A stretch of 32,000 bases of DNA from Idiomarina loihiensis L2TR. GTDB lineage: Bacteria; Pseudomonadota; Gammaproteobacteria; Enterobacterales; Alteromonadaceae. A program made the translations under genes and the position numbers. The notes under the pieces are model-generated. The model saw only the letters and a program-made list of their open reading frames with translations. It was not told the origin of the DNA and searched no databases. Location of the stretch: positions 1,500,001 through 1,532,000 of the forward strand of contig NC_006512.1 of NCBI RefSeq assembly GCF_000008465.1, given 5' to 3'. Shown piece by piece: positions 16,437 to 29,001 of the stretch (position 1 is the stretch's first letter; the number at the start of each line of letters is the position of its first letter).

Positions 16437-17861
16437 ATGCCTATAAATACGCCTGAAAATATCTCGGATAACACTTCTGAGACTTCACCTGAACTCCTTC
16501 ACTTTAATCAACTGAACCTGCCGCCAGCGTTACTGACACGGCTTGATGAAATTGGTTACCAACAAATGACACCGGTGCAGTCCTTAAGCTTGCCGGTCAT
16601 TTTAAATAACACCGACGCCGTTGTTCGCGCTGATACCGGTTCAGGAAAAACCACCGCTTTTGCGCTGACTTTGCTGGCAAAGCTGGAGGCAAAAAGCTTT
16701 TCGCCACAGGCGTTGGTATTGTGCCCTACTCGTGAACTCGCCCATCAGGTTGCTGACGAGGTTCGTAAGCTGGCTAAGTCAATGCTTAATATCAAAATAC
16801 TGACCCTGTGCGGTGGCGAGCCATCACGTATTCAGACCAACTCGCTTGAGCATGGCGCTCATGTTTTAGTTGGCACACCCGGGCGGGTACTTGATCATCT
16901 TGAGCAGCGCAATGTTGATTTGTCTATGTTGACGACTCTGGTTCTTGATGAAGCCGACCGAATGTTAGAAATGGGATTTCAGGACAGCCTGAACGCCATC
17001 GTTAAACACATTCCAAAAACACGACAGACACTATTATTCAGTGCCACCTACCCTAAAAATATCGCTGCCTTAGCAGAACAGGTGACAACTAAGGCTAGAA
17101 ATATTGAGGCCATTCAAGAGCAGGCAAAGCCGCAAATTGAGCAGCTCTTTTATGCCATGAATAATGAAGACAGCGCACAGCTGGTAATGAATTTACTGGG
17201 CGATCATCAACCCGAAAACTGTCTGGTTTTCTGCAACACCAAGAACGAAGTAAAAGACATTTTTAACACACTTCGGGCCAATAAATTCAGCGTATTGGCT
17301 CTGCATGGTGAGCTTGAACAAAAAGATCGCGATCAGGCGATTATACAATTTAGTAATGGCAGTGCTCGCGTACTCATTGCAACCGATGTCGCTTCCCGTG
17401 GGCTGGATATCGCCGAACTTGATTTAGTGATTAGCGTTAATATGGCTCATGATTTAGACACTCATACCCACCGCATAGGTCGTACTGGACGCGCGGGCAA
17501 AGAAGGCGTCGCAATAACCTTAATTGCGGAAAAAGATGATTATAAAATGCGCTTGCTTGAGGATACTTTTGCCGAACCCATTCAGGTAAAACCTGCGCCA
17601 GCGCTGTCTAACAATAGACCGTTGAAAGCCAATATGTCGACCATACAAGTCAGTGGCGGGAAAAAGGACAAGTTGAGACCGGGTGACATTGTTGGCGCCC
17701 TAACGAAGGATAACGTTTTAAGTGCTGACGACATTGGAAAAATAAAGCTGGAAAGTACCTTTGGTTTTGTTGCGGTAAACTCCCGTTTGGCTAAGCACGC
17801 TTTAGGGCTTATCAATAATAATAAAATAAAAGGTAAGAAGTTTCGGGCAAAAGTACTTTAA
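16437..17861 (+). CDS. dbpA: ATP-dependent DEAD-box RNA helicase DbpA
   Basis: It carries a Q-motif region, motif I ADTGSGKT, DEAD (VLDEADRM), SAT and HRIGRTGRAG. It also has the C-terminal DbpA-type RNA-binding domain (GGKKDKLRPGDIVGAL). I chose ATG 16437 rather than GTG 16347, which adds an implausible Cys-rich extension. Confidence 0.88.
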   Translation: MPINTPENISDNTSETSPELLHFNQLNLPPALLTRLDEIGYQQMTPVQSLSLPVILNNTDAVVRADTGSGKTTAFALTLLAKLEAKSFSPQALVLCPTRELAHQVADEVRKLAKSMLNIKILTLCGGEPSRIQTNSLEHGAHVLVGTPGRVLDHLEQRNVDLSMLTTLVLDEADRMLEMGFQDSLNAIVKHIPKTRQTLLFSATYPKNIAALAEQVTTKARNIEAIQEQAKPQIEQLFYAMNNEDSAQLVMNLLGDHQPENCLVFCNTKNEVKDIFNTLRANKFSVLALHGELEQKDRDQAIIQFSNGSARVLIATDVASRGLDIAELDLVISVNMAHDLDTHTHRIGRTGRAGKEGVAITLIAEKDDYKMRLLEDTFAEPIQVKPAPALSNNRPLKANMSTIQVSGGKKDKLRPGDIVGALTKDNVLSADDIGKIKLESTFGFVAVNSRLAKHALGLINNNKIKGKKFRAKVL

Positions 17862-17904
17862 TTCGCGGTGTCTCAGCCTGCTCTCTTAAATGACAATGTA
17901 AAAA

Positions 17905-17943
17905 GCGGTGATACTCTCTTCGTTCTGAAGAGAATACCACCGC
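17905..17943 (-). terminator. rho-independent terminator of katG (may also stop dbpA read-through)
   Basis: GCGGTGATACTCTCTTC-gttct-GAAGAGAATACCACCGC, with 15 of 17 positions paired. On the minus strand it is followed by TTTTT (AAAAA at 17900-17904). It lies between the convergent dbpA and katG genes. Confidence 0.75.
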
Positions 17944-17958
17944 TCACACGCTTAACTA

Positions 17959-20220
<2,262 letters not shown>

Positions 20221-20448
20221 TTACCCTTTTCGTTAGACACAATAAGTGCGTCAGTAATATAAAACAAACGCAGTGTTTTAGGGGGCTCAGATAGGCTCGA
20301 AAAATAGATTGCCATAATCGGATTGTCAGTCTTGACCCAAAAATTTGAGTCATAAATATGTTAAGAATGTTTAAAAATTGAGGTAAAAATAACGATCTGG
20401 GTATATACCTACAACTAAGTTAATTGTTAAAACAGTGTAGGTTTTATT

Positions 20449-23265
20449 ATGAATAAACACAGAAAAAGCTACTTATCACTCTGTACTCTTGCCGCTTTAA
20501 GTTCGTTTGCTCTCCAACCGCAGGCTCTGGCTATGCAGCAAGAGCGCAATAAAGATGACGAGGAAGCTATAGAGAAAATTACTGTGGTAGGCAGTAATAT
20601 TCGGGGGGCGCAAGCTGCCGGACGACTCCCGGTGACTATCCTCGATTCAGATGACATCATTAATACAGGCGCTGTTACTGGGGATGAGCTGCTTCGCTCT
20701 ATTCCTCAAGTGGGCGATATCAGTTTTAACAACGAGCGATCTATTGGTGGCGTTAATGATGCACGTGGCGATGTCGCTTCCATTAACTTGCGAGGCATAG
20801 GCACAGGTAATACCTTAACTCTGCTCAACGGTCGTCGCCTGGTTTTGCACCCGGGAACCCAGACCGAGAACTTTGTTCCTGTTACCACGGTAAACTCAAA
20901 CACGCTTCCGGTAACCGGCTTAAGACGACTTGAAGTACTTCGTGATGGTGCCTCGGCACTTTATGGAACCGATGCCGTAGCTGGTGTCGTTAATTATGTG
21001 CTGAAAAAAGAAGTCACTCAAACTCAGTTAAACCTGAGCGCCGGCAACGCTGAAGGAACTTCAATGCAACAGTACCTTGCCAGCGGTTCAACCGGCGTAT
21101 TTTTTAACGACAATAAAAGCCATTTAAGTCTGTCTTTCGCTTATTACACCCGTGATGAAATCGGCGCCAATGAGCGCTCATATTCAGCCAGCGAAGACCG
21201 TCGTTTTAACGACAGAATACCAGAGGCTTTTGTCGGTGATACCCAATTAGACAACCGTTCGTTATCCAGCCCCTGGGCAATATACGATGGTGAAAATATT
21301 GGCCGTTTCCATATTCGCCCGGAATCTATGGGTGATTGCTTTCAAACTTTGTCTGATGGAGTCTGTGCTGCCGAAGGCTCGATTCCCAGAGATATGCGTT
21401 ACGACTCAGCTCAGGATCAGAGCATGACCTCGGCAATAGACCGGGTAAACCTATTTGCTTATTACACACATTCTCTTGCGCCTAACTTAGAGCTTTTTGG
21501 CGAGGCCTTGTACTACGAGGCGCTATCCAAGCGTCGTCGCGAACAAAATGCCAATCTTACCGCGCAGCGCTTCACTATTAGCGAAGATGCCGCTTACAAC
21601 CCATTTGGCGAAACCGTAACATTACGCAACATACGGCCAATGGATGTCGACCCAAGAAGAATAGAAGTTGAAGACTCCAGTTACCGTCTACTGGGAGGCA
21701 TAAAAGGTTACTCAGAACAGTGGGAATGGGAATCCGCCCTGCTCTATTCCAGAGCCGACACACTGGATACGGGTTATAACCGCATCCACGTGAGTGCGCT
21801 GCAAGAGGCAATTAACTCAACCAATATAGAAGAAGCTTATAATCCATTTATTGGCGGTAACCCGGATAACCTAAATAACGGCACGTCAGTCTATAACTCA
21901 GCTGAGGTTATAGCCGGGCTGACCGAAGACATAACCCGCGACAGTACCAGCGAACTAGCGCAATGGGACTTCAAACTATCAAACCCTGTGCTTACATCCT
22001 GGTACGCAGGTGACATTGGTATTGCTGCAGGCGTTGAGTATCGCTACGAAGCCTATGCCGATGATCGTCACTACTTGCTGGATGGCTCTAGCCCTTTCTA
22101 CGATCAAGTCACTGGCGAGCTCATGACCAACTCCGATGTTCTGGGAAGCAGCTTTACACCAGACTCAGAAGGCAGTCGTAACGTCTTCTCAGCTTATACT
22201 GAACTCCTGGTACCCCTGCACGAAACCATAGATATGCAACTGGCGCTTCGTTACGAAAGATTTAACGATGTCGGCAGCGTAACCAAACCTAAAGTCGCCC
22301 TTAGCTGGTTGCCGATGGACTGGTTGCAATTAAGAGCATCGTACTCCGGTGGTTTCCGCGCACCTAACTTACCTCAGGTGGTTGAGGAAAGTGTTTCCCG
22401 AACCAATTCCAGAACCGATCCTGTTATTGATGACCGCTACAGCATAACCGAGATTAGAGGCGGCAATAGCAAACTCACACCAGAAGACGACGAAATTTAT
22501 AATGTCGGTTTTGCCATTACCCCTTTCGATAACTTTCTTATTACTGTCGATCGCTGGACAATTGAACAAGAAAACGTTGTCGGAATTTTAAACAGCCAAA
22601 CCCACTTACTTTATGATTCACTGCTGCGTTCACAAGGCAGCTCAAATCCAGCCGTTATACGTAACGATGACCTGGAAGTTGTTTACGTAAATAATCAGTA
22701 CGACAACCTTGAAGTTCGGGAAATTTCCGGCACCGATATCAGTATTAATTATGAAGTTAACAGTGAGGCATTTGGGTTGTTCAACTTTTCCTTAAATGCA
22801 GCTCACTTGCGTAAATTTATGCAAACCCCGGACCCTATAAGTGCCATTGTTCTGGAAGCTCAGGAAAATGGTAACCCTGCCGTTCCTATTGACATTCCGG
22901 TGGTTGGCGCAGGTGATTTACGGCAAATGGACGGCAACCCTAAATGGCGTTCGTTTGCTCGTCTAGACTGGGATCTCGGGAACTGGGGCGCGGGTATACG
23001 AGTCAACTATGTTGATGACTTTTACGAAACTAGCGTTACAACGTCGGATGGAGACATGATGCCAATTGATAGCTGGATCACAACCGATATCTATCTCGAC
23101 TACTATTTTAATCAGGAGTCACTCGATGGCTTAAGTCTGCGAATCGGTGCCCGCAATCTGGCTGATAAAAACCCGCCCATTGCAGATGAAAGCTTCGGTT
23201 ACTTTTCCGATGTTCATTCAAATCGTGGACGTTATACATACGCAACTTTGTCGTGGGCATTTTAG
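20449..23265 (+). CDS. TonB-dependent outer-membrane receptor
   Basis: Signal peptide (LAALSSFALQPQALA) and a plug domain (IEKITVVGSNIRG, LRGIGTGNTLTLLNGRR, LRDGASALYGTDAVAGVVNYV). The long beta-barrel ends TLSWAF. Confidence 0.9.
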   Translation: MNKHRKSYLSLCTLAALSSFALQPQALAMQQERNKDDEEAIEKITVVGSNIRGAQAAGRLPVTILDSDDIINTGAVTGDELLRSIPQVGDISFNNERSIGGVNDARGDVASINLRGIGTGNTLTLLNGRRLVLHPGTQTENFVPVTTVNSNTLPVTGLRRLEVLRDGASALYGTDAVAGVVNYVLKKEVTQTQLNLSAGNAEGTSMQQYLASGSTGVFFNDNKSHLSLSFAYYTRDEIGANERSYSASEDRRFNDRIPEAFVGDTQLDNRSLSSPWAIYDGENIGRFHIRPESMGDCFQTLSDGVCAAEGSIPRDMRYDSAQDQSMTSAIDRVNLFAYYTHSLAPNLELFGEALYYEALSKRRREQNANLTAQRFTISEDAAYNPFGETVTLRNIRPMDVDPRRIEVEDSSYRLLGGIKGYSEQWEWESALLYSRADTLDTGYNRIHVSALQEAINSTNIEEAYNPFIGGNPDNLNNGTSVYNSAEVIAGLTEDITRDSTSELAQWDFKLSNPVLTSWYAGDIGIAAGVEYRYEAYADDRHYLLDGSSPFYDQVTGELMTNSDVLGSSFTPDSEGSRNVFSAYTELLVPLHETIDMQLALRYERFNDVGSVTKPKVALSWLPMDWLQLRASYSGGFRAPNLPQVVEESVSRTNSRTDPVIDDRYSITEIRGGNSKLTPEDDEIYNVGFAITPFDNFLITVDRWTIEQENVVGILNSQTHLLYDSLLRSQGSSNPAVIRNDDLEVVYVNNQYDNLEVREISGTDISINYEVNSEAFGLFNFSLNAAHLRKFMQTPDPISAIVLEAQENGNPAVPIDIPVVGAGDLRQMDGNPKWRSFARLDWDLGNWGAGIRVNYVDDFYETSVTTSDGDMMPIDSWITTDIYLDYYFNQESLDGLSLRIGARNLADKNPPIADESFGYFSDVHSNRGRYTYATLSWAF

Positions 23266-23273
23266 GAGTATAA

Positions 23274-24443
23274 ATGCTCACACTAGCTAATGTTGCGTTA
23301 TTAAGCCAGTTAGCACTTCAGCAGCCCGGAGAGACGGATAAAAAACCGGAGGACTGCTCTTTTGAGCAGATCGAGTTCACTATCAATTTTGCTGTGGGAC
23401 GCCTGAACCATTGTGAGAAAACAGGTGATAATCAATACAAGCTTTTTCTGGAGCCTGAACGGGAAAAAATTAACCCAAGTCCCTGGTATGCTTTTGCGGT
23501 AAAAAATAAAACTGAAACAAGCCAAACAATCGATATTACTTTGGTCGCCAGTGAAGGGGTTTCTCGATATAAACCCAAACGTAGTGAAGGCGATGATATT
23601 TGGCACGCAATTCCATTTTCTGAGGGCGACGGCACGCTTCAATTTGAATTAACCCTTTCAGGCCAAACCAAAGAGTATATTGCCGGACAGGAGATTATTG
23701 ATAACGTTCATTATATTGAGTGGCTCAGTAGTCTTATTAAAGAGCCGCAACAGACCGAAGTTATTTCTCTTGGTGTCTCCAGTGAAGGGCGTAACCTGGC
23801 AGCTCTGGAGCATAGAGTTGAGTCCAGCGATAAATGGATAATTTTAATTGGCCGTCAACACCCTCCCGAAGTTACCGGCGCGTTAGCACTACTGCATTTT
23901 GGTGAGTTGCTGTTTAGCGACGAGCCTTACGTCGTTAAATTTCGACAAAAGTACAACATTCTATTGGTACCCAATATGAATCCGGATGGGGTCTATCATG
24001 GTAACTGGCGCTTAACCGCGGCAGGCATCGATATGAACAGAGACTGGAAAAATCTGACCCTGCCGGAAACTCAGGCCATGGCTAATTATCTCAAAAAGCT
24101 GGTTAAAGACGGCGGCAAAATTGAATTTGCAATTGACTTCCATTCTACCAGAAAAAATGTGTTTTACACCATGCCTGAAGACTACGAACCCCGCAGTGGC
24201 GTGCCTTTGAGAAACCCTCAAAGAGTCTACAACTGGATTGAGGAAATTGAAGAACTTGTCGGTTCAGTAGAACTTGATTATCAGCCCGGAGCTCATCCTG
24301 AAAGTGGTGTTTTTAAGCAGTTTATCGCTGATGAATTTGCCGCTCACGCGGTGACCTATGAAGTAAGTGACAACGAAGAACGCAATAACATTAAAAAGGT
24401 TGCGGAAGCCGCTCTGATCTCTTTAATTAACCGCTTAGATTAA
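23274..24443 (+). CDS. M14-family zinc carboxypeptidase-like protein with an N-terminal beta-sandwich domain (bacterial cytosolic-carboxypeptidase/M14D-like)
   Basis: Zn ligands are HPPE (HxxE in GRQHPPEVTG) and a later His (AIDFHST). NMNPDG, NRDW and the catalytic Glu region VTYEVS are present. A domain of about 130 aa precedes the catalytic domain. AGGAG overlaps the receptor stop codon, with an 8-nt spacer. Confidence 0.8.
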   Translation: MLTLANVALLSQLALQQPGETDKKPEDCSFEQIEFTINFAVGRLNHCEKTGDNQYKLFLEPEREKINPSPWYAFAVKNKTETSQTIDITLVASEGVSRYKPKRSEGDDIWHAIPFSEGDGTLQFELTLSGQTKEYIAGQEIIDNVHYIEWLSSLIKEPQQTEVISLGVSSEGRNLAALEHRVESSDKWIILIGRQHPPEVTGALALLHFGELLFSDEPYVVKFRQKYNILLVPNMNPDGVYHGNWRLTAAGIDMNRDWKNLTLPETQAMANYLKKLVKDGGKIEFAIDFHSTRKNVFYTMPEDYEPRSGVPLRNPQRVYNWIEEIEELVGSVELDYQPGAHPESGVFKQFIADEFAAHAVTYEVSDNEERNNIKKVAEAALISLINRLD

Positions 24444-24549
24444 AGGTTTCGTAAAGGGCCTTGCTGACTGACCGAGGTGTAGCTAGCTTTAAAGAGAGAT
24501 AACCGCTTGGTTACTTTTTTGAATAACTACTCTCAACTAAGGAAGCATT

Positions 24550-25158
24550 ATGAAGAAAACATTAATTGCAATTGCATTGATTGGAACTTCAACTAGCGCG
24601 TTTGCCGACTCTCCTAACTGGGATAAAATTCAGGCCTCCTACATAGAAACCGATATTGAAACGCCTATCGACGAAGACATTACAATGGATGGTTACGCCG
24701 TAGCCGGCTCGCTTTCATTAAGTGACTCAATTTTTGTATTGGCCAATTTCGACTCCGTTGGTGATGAATCGGATCTCGGTGATGTTGATTTAGATTCACT
24801 TAATGCAGGTATCGGCTTTAATCACGGTATCACAGAGTCGACCGACGTCTTCGCCACAGTTACATACGAAAAGCTTGAACTTGTTGGTTCAGTAGACGCC
24901 CTTGGCTCAGAATCTTTCGATGAATCAGGATACGGAGCCGGCGTTGGCATTCGTTCAATGATCACCGACTTTTTTGAGCTGTCGGTGAAAGCTGACTATC
25001 TGGACATTGATGACGAAAATGGTATTCGTTATGACGCTTCAGCTTTCTTTCACTTAACCAGTAACCTCTCTCTTGGTGTTGGTTATAAACTCTACGATTT
25101 AGATGAAATCGATCAGGACGTCGATACTGTCGCCGCAACAGTCCGGTACAGCTTCTAA
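24550..25158 (+). CDS. small acidic outer-membrane beta-barrel protein, paralog of 6654..7208
   Basis: Signal peptide MKKTLIAIALIGTSTSAFA-DS. The strand pattern is collinear with the 6654 protein (WDKIQASYIE vs FDRVEARYID; GYGAGVGIR vs GYAVQAGAVYR). The C-terminus is VRYSF. Shine-Dalgarno AAGGAAG is present. Confidence 0.78.
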   Translation: MKKTLIAIALIGTSTSAFADSPNWDKIQASYIETDIETPIDEDITMDGYAVAGSLSLSDSIFVLANFDSVGDESDLGDVDLDSLNAGIGFNHGITESTDVFATVTYEKLELVGSVDALGSESFDESGYGAGVGIRSMITDFFELSVKADYLDIDDENGIRYDASAFFHLTSNLSLGVGYKLYDLDEIDQDVDTVAATVRYSF

Positions 25159-25180
25159 CTCTCAGTCTAAATGCTTAAAC

Positions 25181-25214
25181 GCTGGCGTGCCAACTTCTAT
25201 AGAGACACGCCAGC
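25181..25214 (+). terminator. possible terminator hairpin after the outer-membrane protein gene
   Basis: GCTGGCGTG-(16 nt)-CACGCCAGC. The loop is large, and a T-rich run appears only about 15 nt later. Confidence 0.3.
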
Positions 25215-25378
25215 ACACCACTCCAATATTTTTAATTTTTCTAATTCATTATTTTTACTGCAAAAAACCGATCTAACTTTAAGAAACCTCCGTAGCTCTC
25301 TATACTCTATTAGTAAATTTAGAATAAACGCTTAAATTTAAAGCGTAAGAGTACCTATTTTTATACAGGGGAGAGCAA

Positions 25379-27073
25379 ATGAATAAAAAAGAAGAGGAAG
25401 TGCTCCGCGGTGACAAAGACCTCGAGCGCGAGCGCAAAGCCGACGACCCAATGATTCCTGACGGTGAAGTCAATCCAATCGATACGGATTACCAAGTAGG
25501 ACAAGATAACGTTGTTATGAAAGTAGGACCTTTTGGTCTGGATTTCCATAACCGCGTATTCGCTATCTCCGGACTTGCGATCGTCGCCTTTGTGGTGATT
25601 ACTTTAATGTTCCAGAATCAGGCGGAGCCGGTATTCACAAGTACAAAAAATTGGTTAACCGCTAATTTGGACTGGTTCTTTATTGGTGCAGCTAATATTT
25701 TTGTGCTTCTGTGTCTATTCTTAATTGTTTCACCATTAGGGAACGTGCGTTTAGGCGGCACTGAAGCAACCCCCGACTTTTCTTACCTGGGCTGGTTTTC
25801 AATGCTGTTTGCCGCAGGCATGGGTATTGGACTCATGTTTTACGGTGTCTCTGAGCCGATTACTCATTTTAGTGCTGCATTTGGTGGAACTGAGTTTAAC
25901 GCGGATGGTATTCGTACCGACTCAGCACCTCTTGGCGGTGCTGGCGGTGACCAGGCTGCAGCAATAAAATTAGGCATGGCTGCAACCATTTTTCACTGGG
26001 CTCTGCACCCATGGGCTATTTATGCCGTTCTTGCTTTAGGTTTAGCCTTATTTTCTTTCAACAAAGGCTTACCATTAACAATACGCTCTATTTTTTACCC
26101 AATTCTGGGCGAGCGCGTATGGGGCTGGCCAGGACATATCATTGATATTATCGCAATACTGGCAACCTTATTCGGTCTTGCAACATCACTTGGACTGGGT
26201 GCTTCTCAGGCGGCAGCAGGACTAAACTTTTTATTCGGCTGGGCTGAAGGTGATACCACCGATGTGCTGCTGGTTATGGGGATAACCGCTATCGCATTAA
26301 TTTCAGTTCTTGCAGGCCTGGAAAAAGGTGTACAGCGACTATCGCAAGTGAATATGTCACTGGCGGCTATTCTGATGCTGTTTGTCATTATTGTCGGCCC
26401 GACGGTAGCTATTTTCACCGGTTTCGCGGAAAACCTTTACAATTACATTGTTAACCTCCCAGCCCTGTCAAATCCGGTTGGACGAGAAGACCTGGGTTAC
26501 TCTCAAGGCTGGACATCGTTTTACTGGGCATGGTGGATTGCATGGTCACCTTTTGTAGGTATGTTTATTGCCCGCGTTTCAAGAGGCCGTACAGTGCGTG
26601 AGTTCTTAATCTCTGTATTACTGATACCCTCTCTGGCCTGCGTATTTTGGATGACAGTATTCGGTACCGCGGCAATAGAGCAATTCGTTGCGGGAGCTGA
26701 GCAAATAGCCAGTGAAAAGCTTTCACTCAAACTGTTTATTATGCTGGGAGGCTTGCCCTGGACAGAAGTAACATCGTTTGTGGGTATTATTCTGGTTATG
26801 GTATTTTTCATTACCTCGTCTGATTCAGGCTCGCTGGTTATCGATACCATAAGCGCAGGCGGTAAAGTTGAAGCACCGGTACCTCAGCGTATATTCTGGT
26901 GTACGTTTGAAGGGTTAGTCGCAATTGCGCTGATACTTGGCGGTGGTCTCGTTGCCCTGCAGGCAATGTCCTTATCCTTAGGCTTACCGTTTACCATTGT
27001 TTTATTGGCTTCCTGTTTTGCAGTCGTTCAGGGATTGCGTTCCGAGCCAAGAGTTGGTAAACCTGCTAAGTAG
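25379..27073 (+). CDS. BCCT-family (betaine/carnitine/choline) transporter
   Basis: It has the BCCT signature WTSFYWAWWIAWSPFVGMFIARVSRGRTVREF and 12-TM architecture. Shine-Dalgarno GGGGAGAG is present. The hydrophilic N-terminal extension is of the kind seen in osmoregulated BCCTs. Confidence 0.9.
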   Translation: MNKKEEEVLRGDKDLERERKADDPMIPDGEVNPIDTDYQVGQDNVVMKVGPFGLDFHNRVFAISGLAIVAFVVITLMFQNQAEPVFTSTKNWLTANLDWFFIGAANIFVLLCLFLIVSPLGNVRLGGTEATPDFSYLGWFSMLFAAGMGIGLMFYGVSEPITHFSAAFGGTEFNADGIRTDSAPLGGAGGDQAAAIKLGMAATIFHWALHPWAIYAVLALGLALFSFNKGLPLTIRSIFYPILGERVWGWPGHIIDIIAILATLFGLATSLGLGASQAAAGLNFLFGWAEGDTTDVLLVMGITAIALISVLAGLEKGVQRLSQVNMSLAAILMLFVIIVGPTVAIFTGFAENLYNYIVNLPALSNPVGREDLGYSQGWTSFYWAWWIAWSPFVGMFIARVSRGRTVREFLISVLLIPSLACVFWMTVFGTAAIEQFVAGAEQIASEKLSLKLFIMLGGLPWTEVTSFVGIILVMVFFITSSDSGSLVIDTISAGGKVEAPVPQRIFWCTFEGLVAIALILGGGLVALQAMSLSLGLPFTIVLLASCFAVVQGLRSEPRVGKPAK

Positions 27074-27100
27074 CTATTAGCGAAAGCTCCTTACCCATTT

Positions 27101-27126
27101 AAAAGCGGCGCTGAAGCGCCGCTTTT
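27101..27126 (+). terminator. rho-independent terminator of the BCCT gene
   Basis: AAAAGCGGCGC-tgaa-GCGCCGCTTTT, a perfect GC-rich stem with a tetraloop and T-tract, 28 nt after the stop. Confidence 0.88.
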
Positions 27127-27144
27127 GCTATAACAGGTACAATT

Positions 27145-28998
27145 ATGGAAGCCGAACATCTGGAAATTCTGAATTTTTTACGTCGTTTCCCTCCTTTCAA
27201 TGAGTTACCTGAAGACGAACTTGTTGAGCTTGCCAAAAACACTGAAATCAGCTATTTCAAAGCCGGCTCTCAAGTACTTGAATATAATGAGTCAATTTCT
27301 GATTTATACGTCATTAGGAACGGTTCAGTAGAAACCTACAACCGTAACGGCGACCTGTTTAATCGTTTAAGCGAAGGTGGTTTTTTTGGTGAAGCGGGTT
27401 TACTGCGTAAAGGTCGTGTTCGCTACCCCGTCAAAGCACTAGAAGATACGCTTATCTACTTTATTCCCGGCAGTTTATTTAATCGCTTGTTCGATGAATA
27501 TGACAGCTTTGCCGACGCAGTTGAAGTTGAAGGGCACAGGCGCATAAATCAAGCAGTAAAAGAGCAGGAAAATCGTAATGAATCGCTTTCTGCAACCGTC
27601 GATACAATCATTACGCGTGAGCCGGTTTCTATTGATTTGAATGCCAGCATTCATGATGCAGCCGCTAAAATGACAGATGAAAAGGTATCATCACTACTTA
27701 TTATCGATGAAACACAGCATCTTCCGGTGGGCATTATAACGGACAAAGATCTGCGCAAACGTGTTCTGGCGGTAAACCGCTCCAGCACCCATCCTGTGTC
27801 TTCTATAATGACCGAGAACCTGACATTTGTTCAGCATAATAACCGCGTGTTCGAAGCTTTGTTGATAATGATGCGAACCAACCTTCACCATTTGCCGGTG
27901 CTGAAAAAAGGTCAGGTTGTAGGTGTCATAGCTTTATCGGATGTGGCACAGCATGAGTCAAAAAGTACTCTGTTTATTGTCAGTGGTATTTTTAAGCAAA
28001 ACTCTATTGAAGAGCTAACCGAACTTGCAGAAAGTGTCCGCGCCAGTTTTGTGCGCATGGTTAACGAAGATGCGAACTCGCGGATGATAGGTTCGGCAAT
28101 GGCTACCATTGGTCGTTCGTTCAAACAGCGGCTTTTAGAGCTTGGCGAGGAGAAATTCGGACCGCCACCGGTGCCCTACTGTTTCCTGGCTTTGGGTTCA
28201 ATGGCACGTGACGAGCAAAGTATTGTCACGGATCAGGACAACGCTATGGTTTTACACGACGATTTTGATCCCAAACAGCACGATGCCTACTTTAAAGAGT
28301 TAGCGGGCTTTGTGGCCGACGGCTTAAATGCCTGCGGCTATACCTATTGTACGGGCGGCATTATGGCCACCACCGATGCCTGGCGACAACCGTTAAAAGT
28401 GTGGAAAAACTACTTTACCGACTGGATTGAAAACCCGTCACCGGAAAAGCTGCTGCACTCCTCCATATTTTTTGATTTGGACGGCGTCTGGGGGCAACAA
28501 AAATTCGCCGATGAGCTCAATTCACTGATACGAAAAAAAGCCAAAGGAAATAAACGGTTTTTAGGCTCTATGGCACGTAATGCGCTAAACCGCACGCCCC
28601 CTCTGGGCTTTTTTAAAGACTTTGTCATGGAAAAAGATGGCAAACACCGTGACAGCATCAATACCAAACGTCGCGGCACCGGCCCTGTTGCAGATTTGAT
28701 CCGTGTTCATGCTCTGGCCATTGCTTCATCACAGCGCAATTCCTTTACTCGTCTTGAAGACATTATTGATTCACAAATTTTGCCACAAGGTCGCGGACCA
28801 GATTTACGTGATGCTCTGGAATTAATTTCTATGGTGAGAATTCGACATCAGGCGTTAGCCATTTCGGCGGGTGAAGTGCCTGACAATAACGTTGCTCCGG
28901 AAGACTTATCTCATTTTGAGCGTAAAAACTTAAAAGACGCCTTTCAAATTCTAAGTAACGCACAAAAATATTTGCGTTACCGTTACTCGGGAGGCTAG
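27145..28998 (+). CDS. cNMP-binding + tandem CBS + DUF294 (Pol-beta-type) nucleotidyltransferase + DUF294_C protein
   Basis: The cNMP-binding domain contains FFGEAGLLRKGRVRYPVKALEDT. Two CBS modules follow (VSSLLIIDE...GIITDKDL; HHLPVLKKGQVVGVIALSDV). The NTase motif G-S...DxD is LGSMARDEQSIVTDQDNAM. The C-terminus is a helical substrate-binding-type domain. Confidence 0.85.
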   Translation: MEAEHLEILNFLRRFPPFNELPEDELVELAKNTEISYFKAGSQVLEYNESISDLYVIRNGSVETYNRNGDLFNRLSEGGFFGEAGLLRKGRVRYPVKALEDTLIYFIPGSLFNRLFDEYDSFADAVEVEGHRRINQAVKEQENRNESLSATVDTIITREPVSIDLNASIHDAAAKMTDEKVSSLLIIDETQHLPVGIITDKDLRKRVLAVNRSSTHPVSSIMTENLTFVQHNNRVFEALLIMMRTNLHHLPVLKKGQVVGVIALSDVAQHESKSTLFIVSGIFKQNSIEELTELAESVRASFVRMVNEDANSRMIGSAMATIGRSFKQRLLELGEEKFGPPPVPYCFLALGSMARDEQSIVTDQDNAMVLHDDFDPKQHDAYFKELAGFVADGLNACGYTYCTGGIMATTDAWRQPLKVWKNYFTDWIENPSPEKLLHSSIFFDLDGVWGQQKFADELNSLIRKKAKGNKRFLGSMARNALNRTPPLGFFKDFVMEKDGKHRDSINTKRRGTGPVADLIRVHALAIASSQRNSFTRLEDIIDSQILPQGRGPDLRDALELISMVRIRHQALAISAGEVPDNNVAPEDLSHFERKNLKDAFQILSNAQKYLRYRYSGG

Positions 28999-29001
28999 GC
29001 A

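Noticed and set aside
25328-25346. Imperfect inverted repeat ACGCTTAAATTTAAAGCGT about 35 nt upstream of the BCCT transporter start, considered as a BetI-type operator
   Set aside because: The arms are only 4-6 bp with a one-base asymmetry in a very AT-rich region, so it could easily arise by chance. I recognised no matching regulator gene nearby.
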